Shown here in pieces: positions 21,601-31,803 of a stretch of DNA of 64,000 bases. The stretch covers positions 120,190-184,189 of the forward strand of contig URCR01000001.1 of the NCBI GenBank assembly GCA_900546325.1, given 5' to 3'. Both the position numbers and the translations under genes were made by a program. The notes under the pieces are model-generated. The model was not told where the DNA came from and did not search any database. It worked only from the letters and a program-made list of their open reading frames with translations. The stretch comes from an uncultured Lachnospiraceae bacterium. Its GTDB lineage: Bacteria > Bacillota > Clostridia > Lachnospirales > Lachnospiraceae. Each line of letters starts with the position of its first letter. Within the stretch, counting starts at the first letter, position 1.

Positions 21601-22467
21601 ATGAAGAAGACAGATATCCATCTGCACCTCACTTTTAAACAGCACCCGAAGACTGGGCAAATGTTTGTGTCAAGCGCAGAACATATGCTCCCGCATCTTC
21701 GGGAGCTTTCCATTGAAAAAGGAATTTTAATGTCCTCCGGGGAAGGGCACTCTGCCATTCCATTCGGAAGTAATGAGGAGTGCAGACAGATTGCCGCAGC
21801 CTTTCCGGGAATCTATTTCTGGATGTGCAATCTGGATGAACATCCAGAAAATATTTTCGGGCGTCTCAAAACTTACAAAGAACAGGGCGCTGTCGGAATC
21901 GGAGAACTGATGATCAACCGCAGAATCGATGATCCTATGATCCAGGAAATCTTCTCTGCTGCCGAAACACTTTCCCTTCCGGTCCTGTTTCACATGAGCC
22001 CGGAAGTCGGATATGAATACGGCATTGTCGATGATGCCGGACTTCCCCTTTTAGAAGAAAGTCTGAAAAAATATCCAAACCTGAAATTCATCGGCCACAG
22101 CCAGCCTTTCTGGCACGAGATCAGCGGGGATGCCGCAGGGGATCTCTCCTCCCGCATGGAATGGGGCGAAGGAGAAGTAACCCCGGGCGGAAGACTTTCT
22201 TACCTGTTCGACACCTACCCAAACCTCTACGGGGACCTATCCGCCAACAGCGGAGGCTGCGCGATCATGCGCGACGAAACATTCGGTCTTTCTTTCCTTG
22301 AGAAATACTGTGACCGTCTCATGTTCGCCACAGACATGGTCAACGTCGACATGGAATTTCCACTCGGAAAATGGTTGGAGGAAATGTACCAGTGTGGTAA
22401 ATTAAAAGAAGAGGTTTACAGAAAAATCGCTTATCAAAATGCAGAATCCCTCTTCGGGCTGCATTAG
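21601..22467 (+). CDS. Amidohydrolase-2 family metal-dependent hydrolase (TIM barrel)
   Basis: N-terminal DIHLHL metal-binding motif and C-terminal …FATDMVNVD…, in the amidohydrolase_2 pattern. Confidence 0.7.
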   Translation: MKKTDIHLHLTFKQHPKTGQMFVSSAEHMLPHLRELSIEKGILMSSGEGHSAIPFGSNEECRQIAAAFPGIYFWMCNLDEHPENIFGRLKTYKEQGAVGIGELMINRRIDDPMIQEIFSAAETLSLPVLFHMSPEVGYEYGIVDDAGLPLLEESLKKYPNLKFIGHSQPFWHEISGDAAGDLSSRMEWGEGEVTPGGRLSYLFDTYPNLYGDLSANSGGCAIMRDETFGLSFLEKYCDRLMFATDMVNVDMEFPLGKWLEEMYQCGKLKEEVYRKIAYQNAESLFGLH

Positions 22468-22484
22468 AAATGGAGGAAACAGAT

Positions 22485-23318
22485 ATGCGTACAAGAATAT
22501 TACCAAAGATGTTAAATGATGAAGTAGAAGAATATTTATCCCGGAATGATATCATTATCGTTCCGGTCGGAACGGTAGAAATGCACGGCGGATTTCCACT
22601 TGACTCCGAGACAACGATCAGTGAAGCCTATGCCTTAAAAATGGCAGAAGCATGTGACGGACTCGTCCTGACCGGACTTCCGTATTTCTATGCCGGAGCA
22701 ACTGCAAGCGGACGCGGAACGGTTCAGGTAAGTATCCGCGAGGGAATCGACTACCTGACTGCGATCGCCAAAAACCTGCTCCGCCTCGGCTTCAAGCGCC
22801 AGATCTACATCAGCTTCCATGGACCTGCACATATGACATGCAGCCCGATGGTCCGTGATTTCTTTGATGAGACAGGCATTCCGATTCTCTACATGGATCT
22901 GACCATGCAGATGTTGAAAAATGCTGCTGATCTTTTCAAATCGATGGACAGCTTCCATGCGATCACAACCGGAGCATACAAGATTATGAACCGTCTGGAA
23001 GATGTGCCGCTCACAACAAAGTATGAGCACAGCAAGCCACAGTCCTGCAAGAAATTTGACGATATCTTCGGGCTCGCTTACCAGAGCGCTTCGATCGGTT
23101 ACTACTTCGGAGAAAAAGAAGATCACATGAGCACAACTGCAATTCCGGACGAAGCAGCCCGCGAAAAGCTCGCCAGCGAAGGTGTAGAGATCATTGAAAA
23201 GACCGTAGAGCTCCTTGATCTCCCACATATTGTCAGCCAGATGAAAGATCTGGAACAGTACAACCAGGAAGTTGCCGCAAAATGCCCTTGGGTTCCTTCT
23301 AACTTCTTCCGGAAATAA
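22485..23318 (+). CDS. Creatininase-family protein (creatinine amidohydrolase fold)
   Basis: …IIIVPVGTVEMHGGFPLDSETT… matches the creatininase-family metal-binding N-terminus. GGAGGAA SD before the ATG at 22485. Confidence 0.75.
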   Translation: MRTRILPKMLNDEVEEYLSRNDIIIVPVGTVEMHGGFPLDSETTISEAYALKMAEACDGLVLTGLPYFYAGATASGRGTVQVSIREGIDYLTAIAKNLLRLGFKRQIYISFHGPAHMTCSPMVRDFFDETGIPILYMDLTMQMLKNAADLFKSMDSFHAITTGAYKIMNRLEDVPLTTKYEHSKPQSCKKFDDIFGLAYQSASIGYYFGEKEDHMSTTAIPDEAAREKLASEGVEIIEKTVELLDLPHIVSQMKDLEQYNQEVAAKCPWVPSNFFRK

Positions 23319-23341
23319 GACCGGCGCCAGAACAGAAAAGA

Positions 23342-23404
23342 AAGGCTTACACAGAAGCTGCTGCAAATAGAACCTCTATTTTCCGGCAGCTCTGGTAAGC
23401 CTTC
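23342..23404. terminator. Long imperfect hairpin acting as a bidirectional terminator between the convergent creatininase-family and glmM genes
   Basis: AAAGGCTTACACAGAAGCTGC … GCAGCTCTGGTAAGCCTTC: arms ~18 bp, loop ~25 nt. Confidence 0.4.
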
Positions 23405-23469
23405 ATTTCTATTATTCTATTGAACTCTCCCCTTATTTATCTGAATTCCTGCAAGGAATTTGTACCGGC

Positions 23470-24816
23470 CTATGAAAGTACCAGTCCTTCTGCCGCCATC
23501 ACATCAATGACTTTGCCGACACACTCTTTGCAGAGCTCATCTGTCGCAGCCTCGACCATCACGCGGATCACCGGCTCTGTGCCGCTCTCTCTTACAAGGA
23601 TTCGTCCGTCATCTCCAAGCTTTTCTGCCACTTCCTCCACCGCTTTTACGACAGCCGGATTTTCTCTCGCTTCCTTTTTATCTGCTACCCGGACATTTTT
23701 CAGAAGCTGCGGATAGATCTTTACTTCCTCCACAAGCTTTGCGAGCGACTGCTTCTTCTCCATAACAACTTCCATCAGAAGCAGAGAGGTAAGGATTCCG
23801 TCTCCTGTCGTTGCATATTTGCTGAAAATAATATGTCCGGACTGTTCTCCCCCAAGGGAATAGTTATTCTGGAGCATATTTTCATACACATACTTATCTC
23901 CGACCGCAGTCTTCTCATAGCGTATTCCTGCCTTGTCGCATGCTTTGTAAAGCCCCAGGTTAGACATAATTGTCGTCACGATCGTATCGCCGTTTAATCT
24001 TCCCTGCTCTTTTAAATATTTTCCGCAGACATAGAGGATCAGATCTCCGTCCACAACATTTCCATTCTCATCCACAGCGATGCAGCGGTCCGCATCTCCG
24101 TCATATGCAAATGCAATATCAAGCTTCTTCTCTTTCACAAACTGCTGAAGCACTTCGATATGCGTAGATCCACAGTTCGTATTGATGTTTGTTCCGTCCG
24201 GCTCATTATTGATCACATAAGTCTTTGCCCCCAGCGCGTCGTACACACTCTTCGCGATCGCCGAAGCACTTCCGTTGGAACAGTCCAGACCGACTCTCTT
24301 ATCCTTAAAAGATCGTGTGGCAAGTGAGATCAGATGTCCGATATAGCGGTTTCTTCCTGCTGCATGGTCTACGGTTCTTCCGATCTTTTCTTTTTCCGCA
24401 AGCGGAAGTTCTCCCAGTTCGCCGTCGATGTATGCCTCGATCTGTGCTTCTACTTCTGCCTCCAGCTTATGTCCCATACCGTTGATCACTTTGATTCCGT
24501 TGTCATAGAATGGATTGTGACTTGCAGAAATCATGATTCCACAGTCAAAATCCTCTGTTCTCGCCACATACGAAACACTCGGTGTCGTCGTCACATGAAG
24601 AAGGTAGACATCCGCACCGGACGCTGTCAGCCCTGCGACCAGTGCATACTCAAACATATAGCTGCTCCGTCTTGTATCCTTTCCGATCACGACTTTTGCC
24701 TTGTGATCCTTCCCATAATACCATCCAAGAAATCTTCCGACTTTAAACGCATGTTCTACCGTCAGAACCTTATTTGCCTCACCGCGAAATCCGTCTGTTC
24801 CAAAATATTTTCCCAT
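23470..24816 (-). CDS. glmM: Phosphoglucosamine mutase
   Basis: MGKYFGTDGFRG start, active-site Ser region SASHNPFYDNGIKV, and full-length alpha-D-phosphohexomutase architecture. Confidence 0.95.
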   Translation of the reverse strand: MGKYFGTDGFRGEANKVLTVEHAFKVGRFLGWYYGKDHKAKVVIGKDTRRSSYMFEYALVAGLTASGADVYLLHVTTTPSVSYVARTEDFDCGIMISASHNPFYDNGIKVINGMGHKLEAEVEAQIEAYIDGELGELPLAEKEKIGRTVDHAAGRNRYIGHLISLATRSFKDKRVGLDCSNGSASAIAKSVYDALGAKTYVINNEPDGTNINTNCGSTHIEVLQQFVKEKKLDIAFAYDGDADRCIAVDENGNVVDGDLILYVCGKYLKEQGRLNGDTIVTTIMSNLGLYKACDKAGIRYEKTAVGDKYVYENMLQNNYSLGGEQSGHIIFSKYATTGDGILTSLLLMEVVMEKKQSLAKLVEEVKIYPQLLKNVRVADKKEARENPAVVKAVEEVAEKLGDDGRILVRESGTEPVIRVMVEAATDELCKECVGKVIDVMAAEGLVLS

Positions 24817-25100
24817 GTTTCTTCTCCTTTATTCGAAGTTTGTTCTATTGTCCACTTTTTTTATACAATCAACTCTTTATTCTTTTACATTATATAGACT
24901 TTCTATCAAATATACAACTATTTTTTTCAATTACCGTAAAAATATTTTTCTGCCGCCGCAAAAATATTTTCCTGTTATCACGGAAAATTCACAAGAACAA
25001 GTCTATACAAATCGCTGATTTTCATGTATGATAGAAGAGGTATAAAAATTTCAATATCGTATATGAAAATATACACAAAAGAATTAAGGGGTGTTTTATA

Positions 25101-26039
25101 ATGAAATGTAACAAATGTCATGAAGAAATGAAAATCAAAGAGATTGAAGTCGGAAAAGATTCCGCCGGCAATCCTGTCTATAATCTGTATGCCTTTTGCT
25201 ATCACTGTAAGACAAAGGTCAATATTGATAAATTAAAGAAAGCTGCCAGGGAACGAAAAGAGGCCGAGCAGCTCGCAGCCACAAAAAGAGAAGCCGCTCA
25301 GAGAGAAGAATCTTCCCGATCCGATGCAGCCAAAAGTTCTACGGCTCCGGTACATGTCTCAGCAAGAACCCAGGAGATGCCTTCCCAGAGCGCCATTTCC
25401 CGCACGTCCTCATCTGATTCTTCCGATCGCCCGAAGAAAAAGTCTGCACCAAAATCCGAGAAATCTTCTTCTCCAAAGAAGAAATCCGATACGTCCCGCT
25501 CCCGCCAGTCTGAGAAGCCTGCAAAGAAGCGTTACCGTGAGGACGATTTTGATTTTGACGAGGATGACGATTACGACTACCTTCAGCCGAGTAAGGTAAA
25601 ATCTACCGAAAAGCGTGCACTGTCTAAGAAGAAAAAAGGCGGGTGCTTAAAACCGTTTCTGATCTTCCTCCTGATTCTGGTACTTGCAGGCGGAGGTGCT
25701 TTCGCTTACGGAACTTATATCGGATATGATTTTTCTTTTATCAACGATCTTAAGGAAAAAATCTTAAACCATACAGACGGAACTGATGAGAATGACAAAA
25801 AAGAGGATACTTCCAACAAGTCAGACAGCGGAACAACAAGCAATACAACTGCTCCGGAAACCGACAAGGATGGAACAACTACAAACTCAGATCTCTCCGG
25901 CGGAACTGACAGCACTAACGGAACTGACAATACAACCGGCACTGACAGTACAGACGGATCCGACTCCAACAGCACAGACAACTCCGGTACAACAGAGCCG
26001 GATGCTTCCACAGACAACAGCGGAACTACTGCACAATAA
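25101..26039 (+). CDS. hypothetical zinc-ribbon membrane protein with a disordered K/S-rich cytoplasmic region and a T/S/D/G-rich extracellular tail
   Basis: CxxC…CxxC zinc ribbon (MKCNKCHEE…CYHCKTK), a low-complexity basic segment, a single TM (FLIFLLILVLAGGGAFAYG), then a TDSTNGTDNTTGTD-type repeat tail. Confidence 0.55.
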   Translation: MKCNKCHEEMKIKEIEVGKDSAGNPVYNLYAFCYHCKTKVNIDKLKKAARERKEAEQLAATKREAAQREESSRSDAAKSSTAPVHVSARTQEMPSQSAISRTSSSDSSDRPKKKSAPKSEKSSSPKKKSDTSRSRQSEKPAKKRYREDDFDFDEDDDYDYLQPSKVKSTEKRALSKKKKGGCLKPFLIFLLILVLAGGGAFAYGTYIGYDFSFINDLKEKILNHTDGTDENDKKEDTSNKSDSGTTSNTTAPETDKDGTTTNSDLSGGTDSTNGTDNTTGTDSTDGSDSNSTDNSGTTEPDASTDNSGTTAQ

Positions 26040-26065
26040 GTTTTGTCCAGTATAACAGCTGCAGC

Positions 26066-26119
26066 AAAAATACCTGAACAGTAACCTATCCATTTGGATC
26101 TGACTGCTCAGGTATTTTT
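26066..26119. terminator. Bidirectional terminator hairpin between convergent genes
   Basis: AAAAATACCTGAACAG…CTGCTCAGGTATTTTT: 15/16-bp arms with a ~22-nt loop, and A/T runs on both sides. Confidence 0.4.
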
Positions 26120-26204
26120 ATCTTTTCTCTTCTTTTTTGTCTGCCTTCCTTACGATCGTGCACAGGTCTCCACAGAGCTATCCGGAGCTCTCGCTCTGCC
26201 CGTC

Positions 26205-27545
26205 CTATGCTTCTGTGTCCGGCTCTCTCTTATCCGGTATCCTCATCCATACTTTCCGGATCCGCTTTTCTTTCACTTCCAAAATCTTAAATTGTACCCC
26301 ATCTGCCTCCAGCTCACATTGCCCGGAATCTTTTGGGATGTAGCCAAGTTCTTCGATCAGATATCCGGAGAGCGTATCATAATTCTCTGTCTCAAGCTTC
26401 AGGTTCAACTTCTCATTCAGCTCCTCGATCAGAATCGATCCATCCAGCAAGTATTCCTTCTCCCCGATCTTCTGAAGTTCTACCACTTCTTCCTCATGCT
26501 CATCGGTGATCTCTCCCATCACTTCCTCCACAAGGTCCTCTACTGTGACGATTCCCGATACACCGCCGTACTCATCGATCAGCACAGCCATGCGGTTCTT
26601 CGTCTTCTGCATCTCACGGAAGAGCTCATCCGTATTCTTTCCATCCGGCACAAAGAATGCTTCTTTCAGAAGGGATCTGATATCCACTTCCTCAAATGAC
26701 TTCTTCCTTGCTTCGATCATCACATCTTTCACCTGAAGAATTCCGATAATATTATCGATCTGCTCTTCATAAACCGGTATTCTTGTATGTCTCGTCTCTA
26801 AAATCTCATCCATCATCTGATCCAGCGGTTCATCAATGTCTATTGCAAATACGTCTCTCCTCGGTATCATCACATCTTTTGCTGTCTTATCATCAAATGA
26901 GAAAATCGAATTGATCATTTCCTTCTCAATCTCATTGAACACACCATTCTCACTTCCTGTTTCCAGCATCTTCTTAATCTCTTCTTCCGAGACTGCTTCC
27001 TCCAGATTCTCCGTCTTCATTCCAATCAAATGTAAAAATCCATTGGTTGACAGTGACAATAACTTAATAAACGGTGATAAAATCTTTGAAATAATATAAA
27101 TCGGCTGCACGACAAATAAGCTGAATGATTCCGCCTTTTGAAGCGCAATCCTCTTCGGCACCAGCTCACCAAATACAAGGGTAAAATAAGACAAAATAAT
27201 TGTAACGACTACAACCGCGATCGTACCGCTGTACGGAATCCCAAACTGTGCGATCCATTCGCCGAACACCTGTGAAATACCAGTTGCCGCAGAAGCACTC
27301 GAGAAAAATCCCGCCAGTGTGATTGCCACCTGTATCGTTGATAGAAACTTTGTAGAGTCTTCAAACAATGTCTGAAGCAGAGCTGCTCTCTTACTCCCCT
27401 CGTCCGCCAGAACCTTGATCCGGTTCTTATTGACCGACACAACTGCCATCTCCGCTCCCGCAAAGAAAGCATTCACCAAAGTAAGAAATGCAAGAAATAA
27501 TAATTGAAATAAAATACTGTTCCCGGCAGGGTCACCTGAATCCAT
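26205..27545 (-). CDS. HlyC/CorC-family transporter (DUF21 membrane domain + CBS pair + CorC_HlyC)
   Basis: N-terminal 4-TM DUF21 domain, a central CBS pair, and a C-terminal transporter-associated domain. AGGAGG upstream of the ATG at 27545; the track's TTG at 27614 is an extension. Confidence 0.85.
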   Translation of the reverse strand: MDSGDPAGNSILFQLLFLAFLTLVNAFFAGAEMAVVSVNKNRIKVLADEGSKRAALLQTLFEDSTKFLSTIQVAITLAGFFSSASAATGISQVFGEWIAQFGIPYSGTIAVVVVTIILSYFTLVFGELVPKRIALQKAESFSLFVVQPIYIISKILSPFIKLLSLSTNGFLHLIGMKTENLEEAVSEEEIKKMLETGSENGVFNEIEKEMINSIFSFDDKTAKDVMIPRRDVFAIDIDEPLDQMMDEILETRHTRIPVYEEQIDNIIGILQVKDVMIEARKKSFEEVDIRSLLKEAFFVPDGKNTDELFREMQKTKNRMAVLIDEYGGVSGIVTVEDLVEEVMGEITDEHEEEVVELQKIGEKEYLLDGSILIEELNEKLNLKLETENYDTLSGYLIEELGYIPKDSGQCELEADGVQFKILEVKEKRIRKVWMRIPDKREPDTEA

Positions 27546-27670
27546 GATAAATAAAACCTCCTGTAATTGAAATAATCTGGCTCTGATTATATCGCTTTTC
27601 AGGAGGTTCTGCAACTAAAATTTTAGATTTTTATTTAGATTTTATAGAAGTTTCACTTTTCCAGCTCTTC

Positions 27671-28846
27671 TTAGTGGTGGAACAGACGGATTCCGGTAAA
27701 TGCCATCGTCATGCTGTATTTATTGCAGGTAGCGATCACATTGTCATCTCTCACAGATCCGCCCGGCTGTGCAATGTATTTTACACCACTCTTATGTGCA
27801 CGCTCAATATTATCCCCGAATGGGAAGAACGCGTCAGAGCCAAGTGCAACGTCTGTCAGTTTGTCTAACCATGCCCGTTTCTCCTCGCGGGTGAATACCG
27901 GTGGTTTTACCTTGAAGATGTTCTGCCATGTTCCCTCTGCAAGTACATCCTCATACTCATCCCCGATGTAAAGATCGATGGAATTGTCACGGTCTGCTCT
28001 TCCGATGCTGTCCACGAACTGAAGGCCAAGCACCTGCGGAGACTGACGCAGCCACCAGTTGTCTGCTTTCTGACCTGCCAGACGTGTACAGTGAATTCTG
28101 GACTGCTGCCCTGCCCCGATTCCGATCGCCTGTCCGCCTTTTGCATAACATACGGAGTTGGACTGTGTATATTTCAGTGTGATCAGTGCGATTGCAAGGT
28201 CGATCTTTGCCTGCTCCGGAAGTTCTTGATTCTCTGTCACAATGTCGGAGAGAAGCACATCATCGATAACCAGTTCATTTCTTCCCTGCTCAAATGTGAT
28301 TCCGAATACTTCTTTGTGCTCAATCGGAGCCGGCTCATAATCCGGGTCAATCTCGATGATCGCATAATTTCCTTTTTTCTTCTGTTTCAAAAGCTCAAGC
28401 GCTTCCGGTTCATATCCCGGTGCGATCACACCGTCAGACACTTCTCTTTTGATCAGTTTCGCGGTTGCCACATCGCAGACATCTGACAGAGAAATAAAAT
28501 CACCGAAAGAGGACATTCTGTCCGCGCCTCTTGCTCTTGCATAAGCACATGCCAACGGAGATAATTCTCCCATATCATCTACCCAGTAGATCTTTGCAAG
28601 CGTGTCATCCAGCGGAAGTCCGACTGCCGCACCTGCCGGAGAAACATGTTTGAAAGAAGTCGCCGCCGGAAGTCCTGTTGCTTTCTTTAACTCTCTTACA
28701 AGCTGCCAGCCGTTAAACGCATCCAGAAAGTTGATATATCCAGGCTTTCCGCATAATACCTTGATCGGAAGTTCCCCCTCTTCCATGTAGATTCTGGAAG
28801 GCTTCTGGTTTGGATTACATCCGTACTTTAATTCTAACTCTCTCAT
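27671..28846 (-). CDS. purH: Phosphoribosylaminoimidazolecarboxamide formyltransferase (AICARFT domain only, short-type PurH)
   Basis: 391 aa spanning only the AICAR transformylase half of PurH (…GGQAIGIGAGQQSRIHCTRLAG…, C-terminal …FTGIRLFHH). No MGS-like IMP-cyclohydrolase domain. Confidence 0.85.
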   Translation of the reverse strand: MRELELKYGCNPNQKPSRIYMEEGELPIKVLCGKPGYINFLDAFNGWQLVRELKKATGLPAATSFKHVSPAGAAVGLPLDDTLAKIYWVDDMGELSPLACAYARARGADRMSSFGDFISLSDVCDVATAKLIKREVSDGVIAPGYEPEALELLKQKKKGNYAIIEIDPDYEPAPIEHKEVFGITFEQGRNELVIDDVLLSDIVTENQELPEQAKIDLAIALITLKYTQSNSVCYAKGGQAIGIGAGQQSRIHCTRLAGQKADNWWLRQSPQVLGLQFVDSIGRADRDNSIDLYIGDEYEDVLAEGTWQNIFKVKPPVFTREEKRAWLDKLTDVALGSDAFFPFGDNIERAHKSGVKYIAQPGGSVRDDNVIATCNKYSMTMAFTGIRLFHH

Positions 28847-28864
28847 GATCTGATTCTCCTCATC

Positions 28865-29578
28865 TTATTTATTTTTATTTACAATCTTTGTCTCATAGTT
28901 TCCTGTCTCAATGTCGATGTAGCGGACAAACAGTGACACTTTATTGTCTTCATTCAAGCTGTTCCAGAGCATCTCTGTAAACTGCTCCATATCGTCCTGG
29001 ACAGAGATCAGCTTTGGTTCCCCCTCAAAGCTTGGCAGCGGACTGCCGTCACATTTGTAAGTATGGATAAAATGTCCCTCTCCCGCAGCCGGATTCTGGT
29101 ATGCAAATGTATAGCGGTTGCATGCGTCCGGGTTCCCGTTGTTGCTCTTTAAGATCGACATCGCATAGTTGTAAGTTCCATTTTCGATATGCATGATTCC
29201 GGAAATACGAGGTGTATAGTTTGGAGCATCCGGTTCAAATTCTCTGCTGCGAAGTGACTGCTCAAAAGTAAGCTGCTTGTCCATTCCCTCATAGATCGTG
29301 TCTGTCTGATCTCCGTTCGTCACGATCGTCTTATTGCCAAGCACCCGCACCGGCGCATAGATAATTAAACTTGGATCTGTTAATTTTGAAGGGTCAAATG
29401 CCTGTGTGCGAATCCCCTGTCCTTCTTCCACAAATACACGGTTTCTGCTGTTCTCGCTTCTTCCCATAATAAAATATGCAGTGACTGCCTTTTTCCCATC
29501 CGGTGTCTTCCCGATGATGATTCCCCTTCCCGGATATGCATTTCCCTGCAATTCTTTTTCAATTGATAACATTTCCAT
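28865..29578 (-). CDS. Putative archaeal-type IMP cyclohydrolase (PurO-like)
   Basis: 237-aa protein 18 nt upstream of the AICARFT-only purH. N-terminal …YPGRGIIIGKTPDG…YFIMGRSENSRNR… resembles PurO. AAGGAGA SD before the ATG at 29578. The family assignment is inferred from size, context and motif memory. Confidence 0.5.
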   Translation of the reverse strand: MEMLSIEKELQGNAYPGRGIIIGKTPDGKKAVTAYFIMGRSENSRNRVFVEEGQGIRTQAFDPSKLTDPSLIIYAPVRVLGNKTIVTNGDQTDTIYEGMDKQLTFEQSLRSREFEPDAPNYTPRISGIMHIENGTYNYAMSILKSNNGNPDACNRYTFAYQNPAAGEGHFIHTYKCDGSPLPSFEGEPKLISVQDDMEQFTEMLWNSLNEDNKVSLFVRYIDIETGNYETKIVNKNK

Positions 29579-29800
29579 GAATGACTCTCCTTTATCTCTG
29601 TTCATTGTTGACCGTTTTTTTCCATTTTATTATAGACCACATGCCGGACTGTTGACCAGTATATTTTACTAATAAGTCTTAATAACGCCCGGTTATAGAT
29701 CCTTTGCATTTTTCTTGTATCGGACCTATTTTCTGCGGGTAAAAAACAAGACCACCGCACTTCTCCTGTGAGATGCTTACGGCAGTCCGTTCTTTTTTCT

Positions 29801-30544
29801 TTAGCTTATTGTCGCGCCGTCTACGGACAGAACAACACCCGTGATATAGCTTGCCATATCACTTGCAAGGAAGACAAATGCATTTGCGATATCCTCCGGT
29901 TCTCCCACACGGCGAAGCGGAATTGTATTGATCAGAGGCTGGATCACAGACTCCGGAAGCGCTGCTACCATATCGGTGCGGATCACACCCGGCGCCACCG
30001 CATTGACACGGATATTGTCCTTTCCAAGTTCTCTTGCCAGAGACTTCGTCATTCCGTTTACTGCAAATTTGGATGTCGGGTATCCACATCCTGCCGGCTG
30101 TCCATAAATGCTTACCATGGAACTTGTATTCAGGATCACACCGCCCCCCTGCTCTTTCATGATGCATGCTGCCACCTGAGAGCAGTGAAACACTGCATTG
30201 ACATTTAAATCTATGATCTTCTCAAATGCTTCCGGATCATAGTCATAAAGCGGATCTCTCGCAGAAATCCCCGCATTATTTACAAGAATATCCAGAGAGC
30301 CAAACTTCTCTTTGACCTTCTCAAGCACTTCTTTGACTTCCTCATGTTTGGTCAGATTCGGCCAGTATCCCTCAACCGGATACTCCGGATTCTCCTCCTT
30401 CAGAGATGCGAGCGCCTTCTGAACCGTCTCCTCTCTGGAACCAAGCATCACAACCTTCGCCCCATTCTCCAGAAATTTCTTCACAGTCGCATATCCGATT
30501 CCTCTTGTTCCCCCTGTAATGACTGCAACTTTTCCTTTTAACAT
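29801..30544 (-). CDS. SDR-family oxidoreductase (3-oxoacyl-ACP reductase-like)
   Basis: GKVAVITGGTRGIG Rossmann motif, NNAG, and the catalytic S…Y…K pattern (…PTSKFAVNGMTKSLA…). GGAGGG SD before the ATG at 30544. Confidence 0.85.
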   Translation of the reverse strand: MLKGKVAVITGGTRGIGYATVKKFLENGAKVVMLGSREETVQKALASLKEENPEYPVEGYWPNLTKHEEVKEVLEKVKEKFGSLDILVNNAGISARDPLYDYDPEAFEKIIDLNVNAVFHCSQVAACIMKEQGGGVILNTSSMVSIYGQPAGCGYPTSKFAVNGMTKSLARELGKDNIRVNAVAPGVIRTDMVAALPESVIQPLINTIPLRRVGEPEDIANAFVFLASDMASYITGVVLSVDGATIS

Positions 30545-30722
30545 ACCAGTTCCCTCCATCTTCTTTTTCAATTTCATGCCGGATTTCTATGTACTCCCTG
30601 TCCGAAATACACTCCTCCTGCACATGATCTGTTCTTATTTTAGCACTTATTTTCTCTCAATACAATCTACACCGCACAATTCTCTTGAAAATTTATTTTA
30701 ATCTTTTAATTAACAAACATTT

Positions 30723-31574
30723 TTACTGTACCCAATGCAAAATAATTCCTGACACAACTGCAACTCCGTAGAGCACTCCCATCAGCCTTAAGTTCTCCTT
30801 CTTATCACGGTTCACTCTCCAAAGCACAACAAGTCCGACTCCCGCACTTGTGCAAAGTCCTGCCACTGCCGCTGCGAAGCTGATCACGCCTTCCAGATAT
30901 AACTCTGTCAGAAGTACCGACGCCGCACAGTTTGGAATGAATCCGATCAAAGCTGTCAAAATTGGCTGAAACATGGAACCGCTCCAGAAAAGACTCTCTA
31001 CTTTTCCGATTCCAACCACTTCCAGAACCAGATTCAGGCATGCCGAAAAGATAAAAATGTAGAAAAATAATTTCAAAGTATGGTTCCATGCCGGCAAAAC
31101 CACACCGTGGGAGTGGCCGCAGCCACAGGATTCTTTCTCACACAGATCATGAATTTCCTTTTTTCCCGCAAAAAGCTGCGGAAAACAAAGATCCGTCAGG
31201 TACCCCGCAACAACTGCGATCACAACCTTTACCAACAGTAGTTTCCCTACAATCCCCGCACTTTCCGGCCGGCCCATGATCATCAGAATTGCTTCATCTG
31301 AGGTTGACAGAAAGACTGCCAGCAGTGTCCCTGCTGAAATCATTCCCCCGGAAAACAGATTTGCCGCAAGCACCGAGAATCCACACTGCGGCACACATCC
31401 AAGTACCGCCCCGAGAAGCGGCCCCACTCCTCTGATGCCTGTCAGCACTCTCTGACTGAAATGCCCCGCATGTCTTTCCATCGCCTCCAGAAAACAAAAT
31501 GCTGCAAATAAAAATGGAAGCATCCTGATACTGTCTATCGCTGCATCCATCAGTACGTCTATGAATAAGTTCAT
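30723..31574 (-). CDS. Predicted membrane permease with internal duplication and a Cys/His-rich cytoplasmic loop (DUF318/ArsP-like?)
   Basis: Two homologous halves each carrying a P.C..SV motif (GCVPQCGFSV / GFIPNCAASV), separated by EKESCGCGHSHG. The family name is tentative. Confidence 0.5.
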   Translation of the reverse strand: MNLFIDVLMDAAIDSIRMLPFLFAAFCFLEAMERHAGHFSQRVLTGIRGVGPLLGAVLGCVPQCGFSVLAANLFSGGMISAGTLLAVFLSTSDEAILMIMGRPESAGIVGKLLLVKVVIAVVAGYLTDLCFPQLFAGKKEIHDLCEKESCGCGHSHGVVLPAWNHTLKLFFYIFIFSACLNLVLEVVGIGKVESLFWSGSMFQPILTALIGFIPNCAASVLLTELYLEGVISFAAAVAGLCTSAGVGLVVLWRVNRDKKENLRLMGVLYGVAVVSGIILHWVQ

Positions 31575-31803
31575 TTCGATTCTTCTCCTCCCATCATTTT
31601 TATGCCGGACAGACTGTCTGACATGAACCTATTTGAAAATCCTTCTCAACTTGTATCCTTCTGATTATAGCATGTTTTTTTATCTATTGACAATTAAAGT
31701 TTTTCGACATAAACTGTAACTAGTTCACTTTGTAAACTATTTGCGGCGATTTTTGTAACATTCTGCCGCATTTTATATCACTTTGCAGAAATGGAGAACC
31801 GTG

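Noticed and set aside
29579-29800. Possible purine, ZTP (pfl) or PurR-box leader upstream of the purO-purH pair
   Set aside because: Neither the purine-aptamer core nor the ZTP CCGCCUGGGC-type 3' motif is present. The hairpin present (GACTGCCG…CGGTGGTC + T-run) is best explained as the terminator of the upstream SDR gene. The AAACGGTCAACAATGAAC stretch matches the PurBox consensus only weakly.
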